DNA of 64,000 bases from Thermoflexia bacterium (GTDB lineage: Bacteria > Chloroflexota > Anaerolineae > B4-G1): assembly GCA_011192155.1 (NCBI GenBank), contig DUEK01000012.1, positions 541 through 64,540 on the forward strand. The letters are read 5' to 3'. A program made the translations under genes and the position numbers. Positions 18,613 through 27,117 of this stretch are shown here, one piece after another; position 1 is the first letter of the stretch, and each line of letters starts with the position of its first letter. The notes under the pieces are model-generated. The model did not search any database, had not been told where the DNA came from, and was given only the letters and a program-made list of their open reading frames with translations.

Positions 18613-20139
18613 TCACTTGGTAGGTGACTGCCAGACTTTGATTCTTGCAGCGGCCTGCCCGCGCGGGACGGTCTCCTGCTGCTTTAGTTGCAGGTTGCGG
18701 ATCGCCGCCTGCCCAGCGATCACCTCGTCTGGGCCGAGGATCACTACGTATGGGATGCCTTTCTTTAGCGCGTAGCGAATTTGCTTACCTAGGGGATCGT
18801 TCTCAAAGTACAACTCGACGTTCAGCCCCGCCTGACGCAACTCGCGCGCCATCTTGAGCGATTCGGTCACCAGGTCTGGGTTAAACTGCGTGACCAATAT
18901 CTGGGCCACCGTCTTGCCAACGGCTGGCGGGAACATTTCCAATTCTTTCATCACGTCAATGATGCGCTCGATGCCGATGGTGGTGCCGGTGGCCGGATAG
19001 CTGTGCTTGGCGAACATGCCGATCAACTCATCGTACCGCCCTCCACCCGTGATGCTGCCGATGTTGGGTTCCTCCACGATCGTCTCATAGATCGGCCCGG
19101 TATAGTACGCTAGCCCGCGCACCATCGAAGGCACGACTGGGTAATACTCCTCCGGGATGCCCAGTGCTTTCAGGTAGCGCGTCATCTCTTCCAACTCGGT
19201 GACGCCGGCGAGCGCTTCAGGATAGTTGGCCAGCCATTTGCGCAGTTGGGCCAGAATTTCGTCGTTGCTGCCGCCGATCTGTAGAAATTCGAGCAGGCGT
19301 TTGATCACCGCGTCGGGTATCGTCGCTATGCTTTCCAGTTCCAGGGCCGCTAACTGGCTCACGAGCATGGCGATTGCCTCATTCTCCAAGTCGGCCTGGC
19401 GCAGCCGGGTCTCAATAGCGGTCAGATCGGCTTCCCGGAGAGCTTGTATCAAATCGGTGATGACCTTCTTTGTCGCTTGGGCTTTTCTCAGGGCAGAGAT
19501 CGCGTCTTCCAGCCCCGTCTTGCGCAGTTCGGCCTTGACTCCTTCCAGCCCGATCTTGTCCAGCTTGTCAATGGAGCGATACAGCCCGCCCAGCAACTCG
19601 TCCGGCACGCCAGCCAACTGCCCGATGCCGGCGATGATCTTGCGATTGTTGATGTTGATCACAAACTTTTCGAATCCCAGCCGGGTCAGAATTTCGTAGA
19701 TGACGTTGACGATCTCGGCATCGGCCAACATGCTGTCCGAGCCTACGGTATCGGCATCGCATTGGTAGAACTCGCGGTAACGTCCCTTCTGCGGCCGCTC
19801 GGCCCGCCAGACCGGCGCGATCTGATACCGTTTGAGCGGCTTGGTCAGTTCTGGATACTGGGCCGCCACGCGGCACAAGGGCACCGAGAGATCGTAGCGC
19901 AACGCGAGATTCTCCTTGCCGCCGCTGTGGCCGACGTCATAGATCAATCGCTCAGCGTCACTCCCGTACTTGCCCTTGAGCGTCTCTTCCAGTTCGACGG
20001 CCGGGGTTTGCAGCGGCTCAAAGCCAAATTTCTCAAAAACATCTCGGATGACATCCACGACGTACTGGCGCAGGATCATCTGCTGTGGCAGAATATCGCG
20101 CATGCCTCTCGGCAATCTCGGATCCACTTTTTTCGTCAT
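18613..20139 (-). CDS. hisS: Histidine--tRNA ligase
   Basis: PRGMRD, LRYDLSVP, WRAERPQKGRYREFYQCD, VRGLAYYTG, GGGRYD, IGIERI; GAGG RBS before ATG 20139. Confidence 0.96.
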   Translation of the reverse strand: MTKKVDPRLPRGMRDILPQQMILRQYVVDVIRDVFEKFGFEPLQTPAVELEETLKGKYGSDAERLIYDVGHSGGKENLALRYDLSVPLCRVAAQYPELTKPLKRYQIAPVWRAERPQKGRYREFYQCDADTVGSDSMLADAEIVNVIYEILTRLGFEKFVININNRKIIAGIGQLAGVPDELLGGLYRSIDKLDKIGLEGVKAELRKTGLEDAISALRKAQATKKVITDLIQALREADLTAIETRLRQADLENEAIAMLVSQLAALELESIATIPDAVIKRLLEFLQIGGSNDEILAQLRKWLANYPEALAGVTELEEMTRYLKALGIPEEYYPVVPSMVRGLAYYTGPIYETIVEEPNIGSITGGGRYDELIGMFAKHSYPATGTTIGIERIIDVMKELEMFPPAVGKTVAQILVTQFNPDLVTESLKMARELRQAGLNVELYFENDPLGKQIRYALKKGIPYVVILGPDEVIAGQAAIRNLQLKQQETVPRGQAAARIKVWQSPTK

Positions 20140-20202
20140 ATCTTTATACCTCTCAGGAACACCTTTCGTTCCTTTCTCCGTTTGTTGTGGTATTTTTAAA
20201 GC

Positions 20203-20236
20203 AAAAAAGCGTGGACGAATCAATCGTCTCACGCTT
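20203..20236 (-). terminator. Intrinsic terminator (attenuator) upstream of hisS
   Basis: Minus strand AAGCGTG(A)GACGA-TTGAT-TCGTCCACGCTT followed by a U-run. Confidence 0.8.
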
Positions 20237-20268
20237 GAGGAAACTTGTCGTTACGAGAAAGCCCCGAT

Positions 20269-20361
20269 CTATCCAAGCCCCCTTCGAGCGTGGTTGGTAT
20301 GGTGATGATGGTGATGCGCATACAGGCCGCGCCGCGCATTGTCGCGGTGGGGGACGGTCAT
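20269..20361 (-). CDS. His-rich leader peptide MTVPHRDNARRGLYAHHHHHHTNHARRGLG (alternative in-frame ATG at 20394)
   Basis: Six consecutive His codons, located between tRNA-His and hisS and upstream of the terminator. Confidence 0.8.
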   Translation of the reverse strand: MTVPHRDNARRGLYAHHHHHHTNHARRGLG

Positions 20362-20425
20362 TGAAATGAATGAAGGAAAGCTCTTGTAGGACATTGTTTG
20401 ACTCGTGTTGTTACTGTATCACAAT

Positions 20426-20502
20426 TGGGGTGGATGACGGGACTTGAACCCGCAACCTCTGGTTCCACAGGCCAGCGCTCTAACCATTGAGCTACATCCA
20501 CC
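20426..20502 (-). tRNA. tRNA-His(GUG)
   Basis: G-1, acceptor GTGGATG/CATCCAC, discriminator C, encoded CCA, anticodon GTG, GGTTCAAGTCC T-arm. Confidence 0.95.
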
Positions 20503-20520
20503 ACGAGATAACTGGCGTAT

Positions 20521-20549
20521 AGTATGCCACACAATCGGTGAAATGTCAA
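20521..20549 (-). promoter_or_regulatory. Sigma70-type promoter for tRNA-His
   Basis: TTGACA-17 bp-CATACT with an extended TG. Confidence 0.7.
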
Positions 20550-20650
20550 ACTGCACAGGGCGCTGGGCGCGCCATGGCGCGCTCAGGAGTGAAAAGTTGG
20601 GGGAATGAGTTTCAATTGCCAGTGGTTGGCCGTTGTGCTATAATCTTGTC

Positions 20651-20856
20651 GTAACTGCTCAGGCATAACCGGGAACACAGAGATGCGCAAAGGATACACA
20701 GGGTTTCACGGAGAAGAGAGGAGAAAGTTTGCTTGTTGTACCAATTTTCAGCACAGAATACAGTGTTCGCCTGCCTCTGGGCGGACGCCCGCCTCTGGGC
20801 GGACGCCCGCCTCTGGGCAGACGTAAGCACATATCTTCCTATCTCTCTGTGATTCT
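20651..20856. mobile_element. MITE family A, copy 3, truncated
   Basis: Left end GTAACTGCTCAGGCATAACC and body match copy 2; right end absent. Confidence 0.8.
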
Positions 20857-21054
20857 CCTGATTCCGACGTTTTCTGTGGTTGAGCATCCTGAGTAACGCG
20901 AACAGCGTGAGCGCGTATCGAAGCCGAGTCCTGAGCCTGTCGAAGGGGGTGCGATTTTACAACGTTTTACGGTATTCTTCGCACCCTTCGATACGGCCTT
21001 CGGCCTACTCAGGATGCTCCGCAGACTTGAACCACAGAATCCGTCAGAACTAGG
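20857..21054. mobile_element. MITE-like element carrying a CTGAGCCTGTCGAAGG / CCTTCGATACGG REP-type core
   Basis: Imperfect ~27-bp inverted ends CCTGATTCCGACGTTTTCTGTGGTT / AACCACAGAATCCGTCAGAACTAGG; inner IR GAGCATCCTGAGTA/TACTCAGGATGCTC. Confidence 0.6.
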
Positions 21055-21189
21055 AATTTTCTACCCACCAATCGAGATTTGATCTCATTGCGCAGCGTTT
21101 CTCAACGCGCAACCATCCATCCTGTGCTGGTCGAATCTTCTTTCTCCGTTTTACCTGGGCAGGCTAATTTTATTGGTTTGTTGGGCTGG

Positions 21190-21594
21190 CTACGGTCGCA
21201 TCACCGCCGCCATAATCTCTGCTCGATCCGGCATCCCGACCTGCGTCAGCATCACCTTGCCCACGCCGTCCAGCAGTACGAAAGTGGGCACGCCGCGCAC
21301 GCCGTAGCGCATTGCCAACTCACCGCCCACGCTGTTCATCACGTTCAACCGCAACACCTGTGCCTGGTTCTCCAGTTCTCGTTCTAGCCCGTCCACGACG
21401 GGCTTGGCCAACAGGCACGAGCTTCAGGTGTTCGAGTAGAACTCGACCAATGTGGGCGCGCCGCCGCTTACTTGTGCATCAAAGTCCGCTGTTGAAGCCA
21501 GATCGTCGCCCGGCGTGCGCAGGAACAGATAGCCGCCCACCATCACGGCGATTATTAGAATCACTGACCAATTCTCTTGCCAGAAACGTTTCAT
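21190..21594 (-). CDS. Membrane-anchored thioredoxin-like selenoprotein (UxxC)
   Basis: Two track ORFs join in frame across TGA 21424-21426 to give LVEFYSNT-U-SSC; downstream YGVRGVPTF; hairpin 3' of the TGA. Confidence 0.85.
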
Positions 21595-21604
21595 TGAATT
21601 CTCC

Positions 21605-22219
21605 TCACCGAGAGACCTTGTCTTGTACTGTCGCCTCAATCACCCGTACAATACCCATCGCGTGCCGTTCCACCCGCCGCACCTCGAACCCAACCTGCGC
21701 CACCGTCTGAGCCGTCTCACGGTTCAGGTGACACTCCTTGCTCCAGGCTTTCCAGGCTGGATGCAGTGTGTCTGTCAGCCAGGCCCCCAGGCCGTTGTTG
21801 CCTCGCGTGTGTTCCAGCAGCACCAATTTTCCTTCAGGGCGCAAGACACGGCGCGCTTCCGCCAGCCCTTGCGCCGGGTCGGTGACTGAGCAGAACACAA
21901 ATGAAGCCGCCACCACATCGAAACTGCCGTCGGGGAAAGGGAGTCGCTGAACGTCGCTCTGAGCCAGCGCCGTACCGTTATGCGAGTGACTCTGTGGACG
22001 GCGGGCTGCCCACGTCAACATCTCTCTGCTGGCGTCGCTGCCTGTCACGCGCACCTCTGGCCTGTAGAGCGGCAGGTTGATCCCTGTGCCGACCCCTATC
22101 TCTAGCACGTCGCCTCTGAGCAGCGGGAACACCTGCTGGCGCAACCGCCGGAACAATAGCCACTCTAGCGGCAACATCCCCAGGTCATAGATAGAGGAAA
22201 GTCCATCGAATACGCTCAT
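21605..22219 (-). CDS. Class I SAM-dependent methyltransferase
   Basis: VLEIGVGTG, LPFPDGSFDVV, RVLRPEG. Confidence 0.88.
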   Translation of the reverse strand: MSVFDGLSSIYDLGMLPLEWLLFRRLRQQVFPLLRGDVLEIGVGTGINLPLYRPEVRVTGSDASREMLTWAARRPQSHSHNGTALAQSDVQRLPFPDGSFDVVAASFVFCSVTDPAQGLAEARRVLRPEGKLVLLEHTRGNNGLGAWLTDTLHPAWKAWSKECHLNRETAQTVAQVGFEVRRVERHAMGIVRVIEATVQDKVSR

Positions 22220-22225
22220 TTAACA

Positions 22226-23074
22226 CTAGCCGACCAATTCTCTCAACACCACCAGGTTTTCCCGATCCTCGTGCAGATCGTTGCTCTTGGGCGTCTCCAA
22301 CAACCCCGGCAATCCTTCCAAGCGGGGATCGTTCAATAGGTTGCGGAACCCCTCCAACCCGATGTACCCCTGGCCGATGTGCTCGTGCCGATCCTTGCGG
22401 CTGCCCAGGTCGCCTTTGCTATCGTTCAGGTGGAGCGCTTTGAGCCGCGCCAGACTGATGATGCGGTCGAACTTTTCCATCGTGGCCTCGTATCCCTCCG
22501 CCGCGCGTAGCTCGTAACCGGCGGCAAAGACGTGGCACGTATCCAGGCAGACCCCCAGTCGCTCTCCCTCCGGCGCATGCTCGATCAGCCAGGCCAGGTG
22601 CTCGAATTTGTAGCCCAGGTTGGTACCCTGTCCGGCGGTGGTTTCCAGGAGAATCCGAGCGCGAAAGCCCGGTGTGGCGGCTTGAACCTCTCCCAGTGCC
22701 TGCGCCACTCGCTTCAGTCCAGCTTCCTCCCCCGATCCCACGTGCGAGCCGGGGTGCAGCACCAGATATGGCACGTCCAGCGCCTCGCACCGCTCCAACT
22801 CGACGATGAGCGTATCGCGCGATTTCTGCCAAAGATCTTCTTTGGGCGAGGCCAAGTTGAGCAGGTAGGAGGCGTGGGCCACTACCGGCCGGATGTCAGT
22901 CTCTTGGGCCTTTGATTTGAAGTGGGCAATGTCCTCCTCGGTCAGCGGCTTTACAGCCCAAGATCGATTGGGTTTGACGAATATCTGCACCGCGTCACAG
23001 CCCACCGACCGGGCGCGGTCGAATGCCTTGTGCAGTCCGCCACTGATGGATTCGTGAGCGCCGAGTCGCATCAT
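22226..23074 (-). CDS. nfo: Endonuclease IV
   Basis: LGAHESI, HASYLLNL, HPGS, LETTAGQG, DTCH, HLNDSK, DRHEHIG, LETP. Confidence 0.95.
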   Translation of the reverse strand: MMRLGAHESISGGLHKAFDRARSVGCDAVQIFVKPNRSWAVKPLTEEDIAHFKSKAQETDIRPVVAHASYLLNLASPKEDLWQKSRDTLIVELERCEALDVPYLVLHPGSHVGSGEEAGLKRVAQALGEVQAATPGFRARILLETTAGQGTNLGYKFEHLAWLIEHAPEGERLGVCLDTCHVFAAGYELRAAEGYEATMEKFDRIISLARLKALHLNDSKGDLGSRKDRHEHIGQGYIGLEGFRNLLNDPRLEGLPGLLETPKSNDLHEDRENLVVLRELVG

Positions 23075-23604
23075 TCCCCCAAGGGGATCCATCCCTCCGG
23101 GTAGCGCCGCGCCAGATCCACGTATATCTTTTTGAACTCGGTCCACTGGGCCTTGTATTCCTCGCCCACGGCTTTCGCCAGCACTTTGGCCGGCACCCCC
23201 ACCGCGATGTGACCCGGCGGAACCTCTTGCCCTTGCCGGACGACGGCTCCTTCACCCACCACGGCCCACTCGCCTAGGATCGCCCAGTCGGAGACCACCG
23301 CGCCCATACCGACGATGGCGTAATCGTGGATCATCGTCACGTTGTGGATCACCGCACCGTGGCCGAATGTCACCCAGTCGCCGATAGTCGTCCGCTCGCC
23401 GGGCCGGGCGTGGATGACGCAGTTATCCTCCACACTGCAATAATCACCCAGGACGATGGCGCCATAATCCCCCCGGATGCGCGCGCCAGGGCCGATCCAA
23501 CACTCCGCGCCGATGGTCACGTCGCCAAAAACGTCGGCCGAGGGGTGAACGTACGCGCCCGCGCCGATGTGAGGGCTTTTGCCCTCGAATGATGCGATGG
23601 TCAT
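23071..23604 (-). CDS. Gamma carbonic anhydrase family protein
   Basis: Hexapeptide repeats, IRGD, EDNCVIH, GHGAVIH, GVPAK. Confidence 0.88.
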   Translation of the reverse strand: MTIASFEGKSPHIGAGAYVHPSADVFGDVTIGAECWIGPGARIRGDYGAIVLGDYCSVEDNCVIHARPGERTTIGDWVTFGHGAVIHNVTMIHDYAIVGMGAVVSDWAILGEWAVVGEGAVVRQGQEVPPGHIAVGVPAKVLAKAVGEEYKAQWTEFKKIYVDLARRYPEGWIPLGE

Positions 23605-23759
23605 TGTGTATCCTCCTGCCGCGCTTGTTCCAATTCCTCTTCCAAGTCGTCCAACTCGATGAGCATTGATGGAGGAACAGAGTGTTTGGGCAAGCGGGCC
23701 TTTAGGTCGTTGATACGTTTTTCCAGTTCTGCTACTCTTGCTGTTGTGTTCTCGCTCAT
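23601..23759 (-). CDS. 52-aa helical hairpin hypothetical protein
   Basis: MSENTTARVAELEKRINDLKARLPKHSVPPSMLIELDDLEEEL; ATGA-coupled to both neighbours. Confidence 0.7.
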   Translation of the reverse strand: MSENTTARVAELEKRINDLKARLPKHSVPPSMLIELDDLEEELEQARQEDTQ

Positions 23760-24163
23760 TCTTCCCAGTTTCGCTTGTTGATCATCGCGCAGGCATCGTG
23801 GATCACGGCGATACCGTGCTCCTCGCAAAATCGAACGGCTTCTTCCGACTCTGAGCCAGGCTGCATCCAGACGCGAGGCAGTCCCAGCTCGTGGACTTGG
23901 CGGACCACTTTTTCTGTCAACGCTGGCGGCACCACGATGTCTACGACGTCCGGCTTCTCCGGCAGGTCGGCCAGGCTGGCGTACACTTTCAATTCCTCGA
24001 TCTCGCCCTCTTTTGGATTGATGGGATAGACGATGTAGCCCGCGTTGTGCAAGTCGCGTGCGATCTTGTTGCCATATTTGGCAGGATCGTGTGACGCGCC
24101 CACGATGGCCCACACGCGCTTGCCTATGAACTCGGTGATGCGATTTTCAGTGCCGTTTTCCAT
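23756..24163 (-). CDS. CoA-binding protein (YccU-like)
   Basis: AIVGASHDPAKYG, YPINP, PDVVDIVVPP, VWMQPG. Confidence 0.9.
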   Translation of the reverse strand: MENGTENRITEFIGKRVWAIVGASHDPAKYGNKIARDLHNAGYIVYPINPKEGEIEELKVYASLADLPEKPDVVDIVVPPALTEKVVRQVHELGLPRVWMQPGSESEEAVRFCEEHGIAVIHDACAMINKRNWEE

Positions 24164-24181
24164 ATTCTCCCTCTTCCCGTA

Positions 24182-24520
24182 TCATTCTTCTGGGTGCGGA
24201 ATGACGCAGATAAAGCGCAGCGCCCCCGCCCCGGTGTTCCGATACCCGTGAGGCTCGTCGGGAGGAACGTAGAGCGCGACGCCAGGCCGCATCTCAACCT
24301 CTCCTTCTGTTCCCTCTGCCACTCCTTCACCCTCCAACACAAATATCTCGTGCTCGTAAGGGTGTTGGTGAGTTTCAAAGACCGCTCCCGGCTGAAACTC
24401 GATCACCCGCATAGCAAAGTTGGGCGCGCCTTCCGGCTTTCCGATCACCCAGCGGACAGATTTGTCCTCACCGACGGGTTCCTCGGCAACATCCAAATAC
24501 TTTCGGCTTAACATATTCAC
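24182..24520 (-). CDS. Cupin domain protein
   Basis: GAPNFAMR, HQHPYEHE, VPPDEPHGYRN. Confidence 0.88.
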   Translation of the reverse strand: MNMLSRKYLDVAEEPVGEDKSVRWVIGKPEGAPNFAMRVIEFQPGAVFETHQHPYEHEIFVLEGEGVAEGTEGEVEMRPGVALYVPPDEPHGYRNTGAGALRFICVIPHPEE

Positions 24521-24544
24521 CTCTCTGTTTTCAGAATCCTTATC

Positions 24545-24704
24545 GTAAGCGTTCAGGTATACGTATGATTTTCACCGCAGAGGCCTCTGCTATGCAGAGC
24601 ACGCAGAGAACGCCGAGTTTTCTCATTTTATCCCTGTGAGATGATATTTTCGCCCGGCTCTGCGATCTCTGCGGTAAGAAAAACGGCTATGCCTGAACGG
24701 TTAC
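24545..24704. mobile_element. MITE with IS66-like GTAA ends and a different internal core
   Basis: GTAAGCGTTCAGG / CCTGAACGGTTAC; 8-bp TSD TCCTTATC at 24537-24544 and 24705-24712. Confidence 0.88.
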
Positions 24705-24761
24705 TCCTTATCAACGTTCCTTTGTCTTGCGTTTTTTGTCATGCCCCATTATTATCGAACT

Positions 24762-24968
24762 TTACACGACGATGGCATCGTACGGGCAGGCCGGCAGGCA
24801 AGCCATACAGCCGTAGCAGAGGTTGCCGTCAATGAACGGCGGCTCTCCGGGGTCTATGGCGACGATGGCCTTGGTCCGGCACGCCTTACGCGCCACGCAC
24901 TTGCGACACGCCTGGCACAGATTGTCGTCTATGCGGGGAATTTTGGACGGCAGTGGGTGATCGGGCAT
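24762..24968 (-). CDS. Small 2x[4Fe-4S] ferredoxin-like protein
   Basis: CQACRKC.....C and CYGCMACLPACP. Confidence 0.85.
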   Translation of the reverse strand: MPDHPLPSKIPRIDDNLCQACRKCVARKACRTKAIVAIDPGEPPFIDGNLCYGCMACLPACPYDAIVV

Positions 24969-24983
24969 ATCTCGACCCTTTTT

Positions 24984-25976
24984 CTACGGTTGAGAATGTT
25001 GTTCCAAAAACCGCTCCGCCTCTATCGCCGCGACCGCGCCAGAACCGGCCGCTATCACCACCTGGCGATAGAGTGGGTCCTGCACATCCCCGGCCACAAA
25101 GACGCCCGGCATATTCGTTCGCTGGCGCTGATCCGAGACAATGTACCCCTGCTCATTCAGCTCCAACTGCCCGGCGAATAGCTCCGTTACTGGCTTCATA
25201 CCGACGTAGAGGAACACACCGTCGGTCTCAATGACCGAGGTTCCCCCGGTCTTTACGTTACGCACCCGCACGCTGTTCACCGTTTGCTCCCCCAGGATTT
25301 CCTCCACCACACTGTCCCACACAAAGCGTATCTTGGGGTTCGCCAGCGCATGTTCCCGGTTGATCTTGGTCGCTCGCAACTCGTCGCGCCGGTGGATGAC
25401 GATCACCTCGCTGGCAAAGCGGGTGAGAAAGATCGCCTCTGTGATGGCGCTATCGCCCCCGCCAACCACCACGACCCTTTTGTCCCGATAGAAGAATCCA
25501 TCGCAGGTGGCGCAGGCAGAGACGCCACGCCCAAAGAACTTTTCCTCGCCGGGCACGCCCAGCCGGCGCGGCTCTGCGCCGGCGGCGACGATCACTGTTT
25601 GCGCCTGGTACGCGGTCCCGTGCGTGAGGACGGTGAAAGGCCTGGTGGAGAAATTCACCTCCGTCACGTTATCCACCACGATCTGTGCGCCGAAACGCCC
25701 GGCCTGCTCCTGAAACTTTTGAGCCAACTCCGGCCCCTCGATCCCTGCGGGGAAGCCAGGATAGTTTTCGACGATGTCGGTGTTGGCCGTCTGTCCGCCT
25801 GGGAGCGAACCGGTCAGCAACAGCGTTTTGACCCGCGCCCGCCCGGCATAGATAGCGGCGGTCAGGCCGGCCGGCCCGCCGCCAATGATGATCAGATCGT
25901 AGACCTGGTTATCCGGCCCGCTATCCGCGTCCTGTTGCGCTTCCTGTTGGGGCTGCGCCAATTTGAAATCGAGCAT
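24984..25976 (-). CDS. trxB: Thioredoxin-disulfide reductase
   Basis: IIGGGPAGLTAA, GVSACATCDG, VGGGDSA, HRRDELRA, AGD; TGATG overlap with the upstream gene. Confidence 0.93.
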   Translation of the reverse strand: MLDFKLAQPQQEAQQDADSGPDNQVYDLIIIGGGPAGLTAAIYAGRARVKTLLLTGSLPGGQTANTDIVENYPGFPAGIEGPELAQKFQEQAGRFGAQIVVDNVTEVNFSTRPFTVLTHGTAYQAQTVIVAAGAEPRRLGVPGEEKFFGRGVSACATCDGFFYRDKRVVVVGGGDSAITEAIFLTRFASEVIVIHRRDELRATKINREHALANPKIRFVWDSVVEEILGEQTVNSVRVRNVKTGGTSVIETDGVFLYVGMKPVTELFAGQLELNEQGYIVSDQRQRTNMPGVFVAGDVQDPLYRQVVIAAGSGAVAAIEAERFLEQHSQP

Positions 25977-26617
25977 CAAGCCAGCGCCTCCTGCAACTTT
26001 TCCAGCACCATCGCTTCCGGCGCGGCCCCTTCGAGGTGCGCCGTCTCGTTGATGACCGTGCGCGGCACGCCCATCACCTGGTACTTTTGCGAAAGATGAG
26101 GGAACTCTTGCGCCTCTACCATATCCGCCCGCACCATCGGGCTGGCGACGGCCATCTGGTGAGCCAGTATCACGGACTGGGGGCAGTAGGGGCACGTTGG
26201 TGTGACAAAAACCTGGAAATGCACCGGTTCATCTAGCCCTGTCAATACCTCCAGCGTATCCTCGCTCAACTCTGGTTTGCCGGCCGCCACCATCTTGATC
26301 GCGTGCAGCAAGGAGGAAAACTCGTAGCCGGATGGAATGCCATAATAGCGCACACCATAGTCCTCCGCTCCAATGACGGCGATGGCCGGAATCTTGTCTA
26401 TACTCAATTCCTCGGCCTTTTCCTCATCGGCGACAAAATCGTAGACCTCGACAGTTATTTGGTCAGAAAGCTCCGCGACTTCCTCGGCCAGTTGCCGAGT
26501 CTCGGCGCAAAACTGACACTCGAACTCTTGAGTGAACATCGCCATCTTGACCGGCCCAGCCAAGTCGGCCAATTCTTGTTTAACCTGCTCTCTAATTTCT
26601 TCGTTCAACAAAGACAT
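25976..26617 (-). CDS. Protein disulfide oxidoreductase (two thioredoxin folds; PDO/AhpF-N type)
   Basis: CQFC and TPTCPYC motifs, [13 protein letters not shown]. Confidence 0.9.
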   Translation of the reverse strand: MSLLNEEIREQVKQELADLAGPVKMAMFTQEFECQFCAETRQLAEEVAELSDQITVEVYDFVADEEKAEELSIDKIPAIAVIGAEDYGVRYYGIPSGYEFSSLLHAIKMVAAGKPELSEDTLEVLTGLDEPVHFQVFVTPTCPYCPQSVILAHQMAVASPMVRADMVEAQEFPHLSQKYQVMGVPRTVINETAHLEGAAPEAMVLEKLQEALA

Positions 26618-26645
26618 TCTTTATCTCCTCAATTTTAATTTAACT

Positions 26646-26779
26646 TTTGCTGCCGTGCACTTTTTTGCCAAGCAACCAAGCTTTTATCACGAATTGCACG
26701 AATGTTTTTTATCATTTGACGAAATTCGTGTCATTCGTCCATTTGTGACATTTGTGATGAAAAAGTGTACAGTAGTGAA
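26646..26779. mobile_element. MITE-like element with CACGAAT/ATTCGTG-type core
   Basis: Degenerate TIRs TTTGCTGCCGTGCACTTTTT / AAAAAGTGTACAGTAGTGAA; direct repeat ATTTAACT on both sides. Confidence 0.7.
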
Positions 26780-26820
26780 ATTTAACTCACAAACTTGCAC
26801 ACTTGCCACTTGCAGACTTC

Positions 26821-27084
26821 TCACGCCAATCGCGATAACGCCATTGCCAGAGCGTCGGCGACCTCCTCGGGCGAACTATCAGATAGCACACATTCAGCGG
26901 TATAGGCCCGCACCAGCGTTACTGTAGCCTGGTGGGCGGCGGAGCGCACGGCGGCTAATTGTTGCAAAATATCGTTGCAATCCCGGTCTTGCTCGACCAT
27001 TTTAGCTACCCCGCGCGCCTGCCCTTCCAACCGCCGGATGCGGTTCAATAGGTCAGCCTTGACGGATTGATCGCACAATTTCAC
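26821..27084 (-). CDS. CsoR/RcnR family repressor
   Basis: RIRRLEGQARGV..M...RDC.DILQQLAAVRSA. Confidence 0.9.
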   Translation of the reverse strand: MKLCDQSVKADLLNRIRRLEGQARGVAKMVEQDRDCNDILQQLAAVRSAAHQATVTLVRAYTAECVLSDSSPEEVADALAMALSRLA

Positions 27085-27117
27085 CTTATTTGCTCCTCAG
27101 AGGCTCACGGCCTCTCA

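Noticed and set aside
20140-20425. T-box riboswitch for hisS
   Set aside because: No T-box consensus or stem I is recognisable; the His-codon leader explains the terminator.
20426-21190. Integrative element at tRNA-His
   Set aside because: No integrase and no duplicated tRNA 3' end seen.
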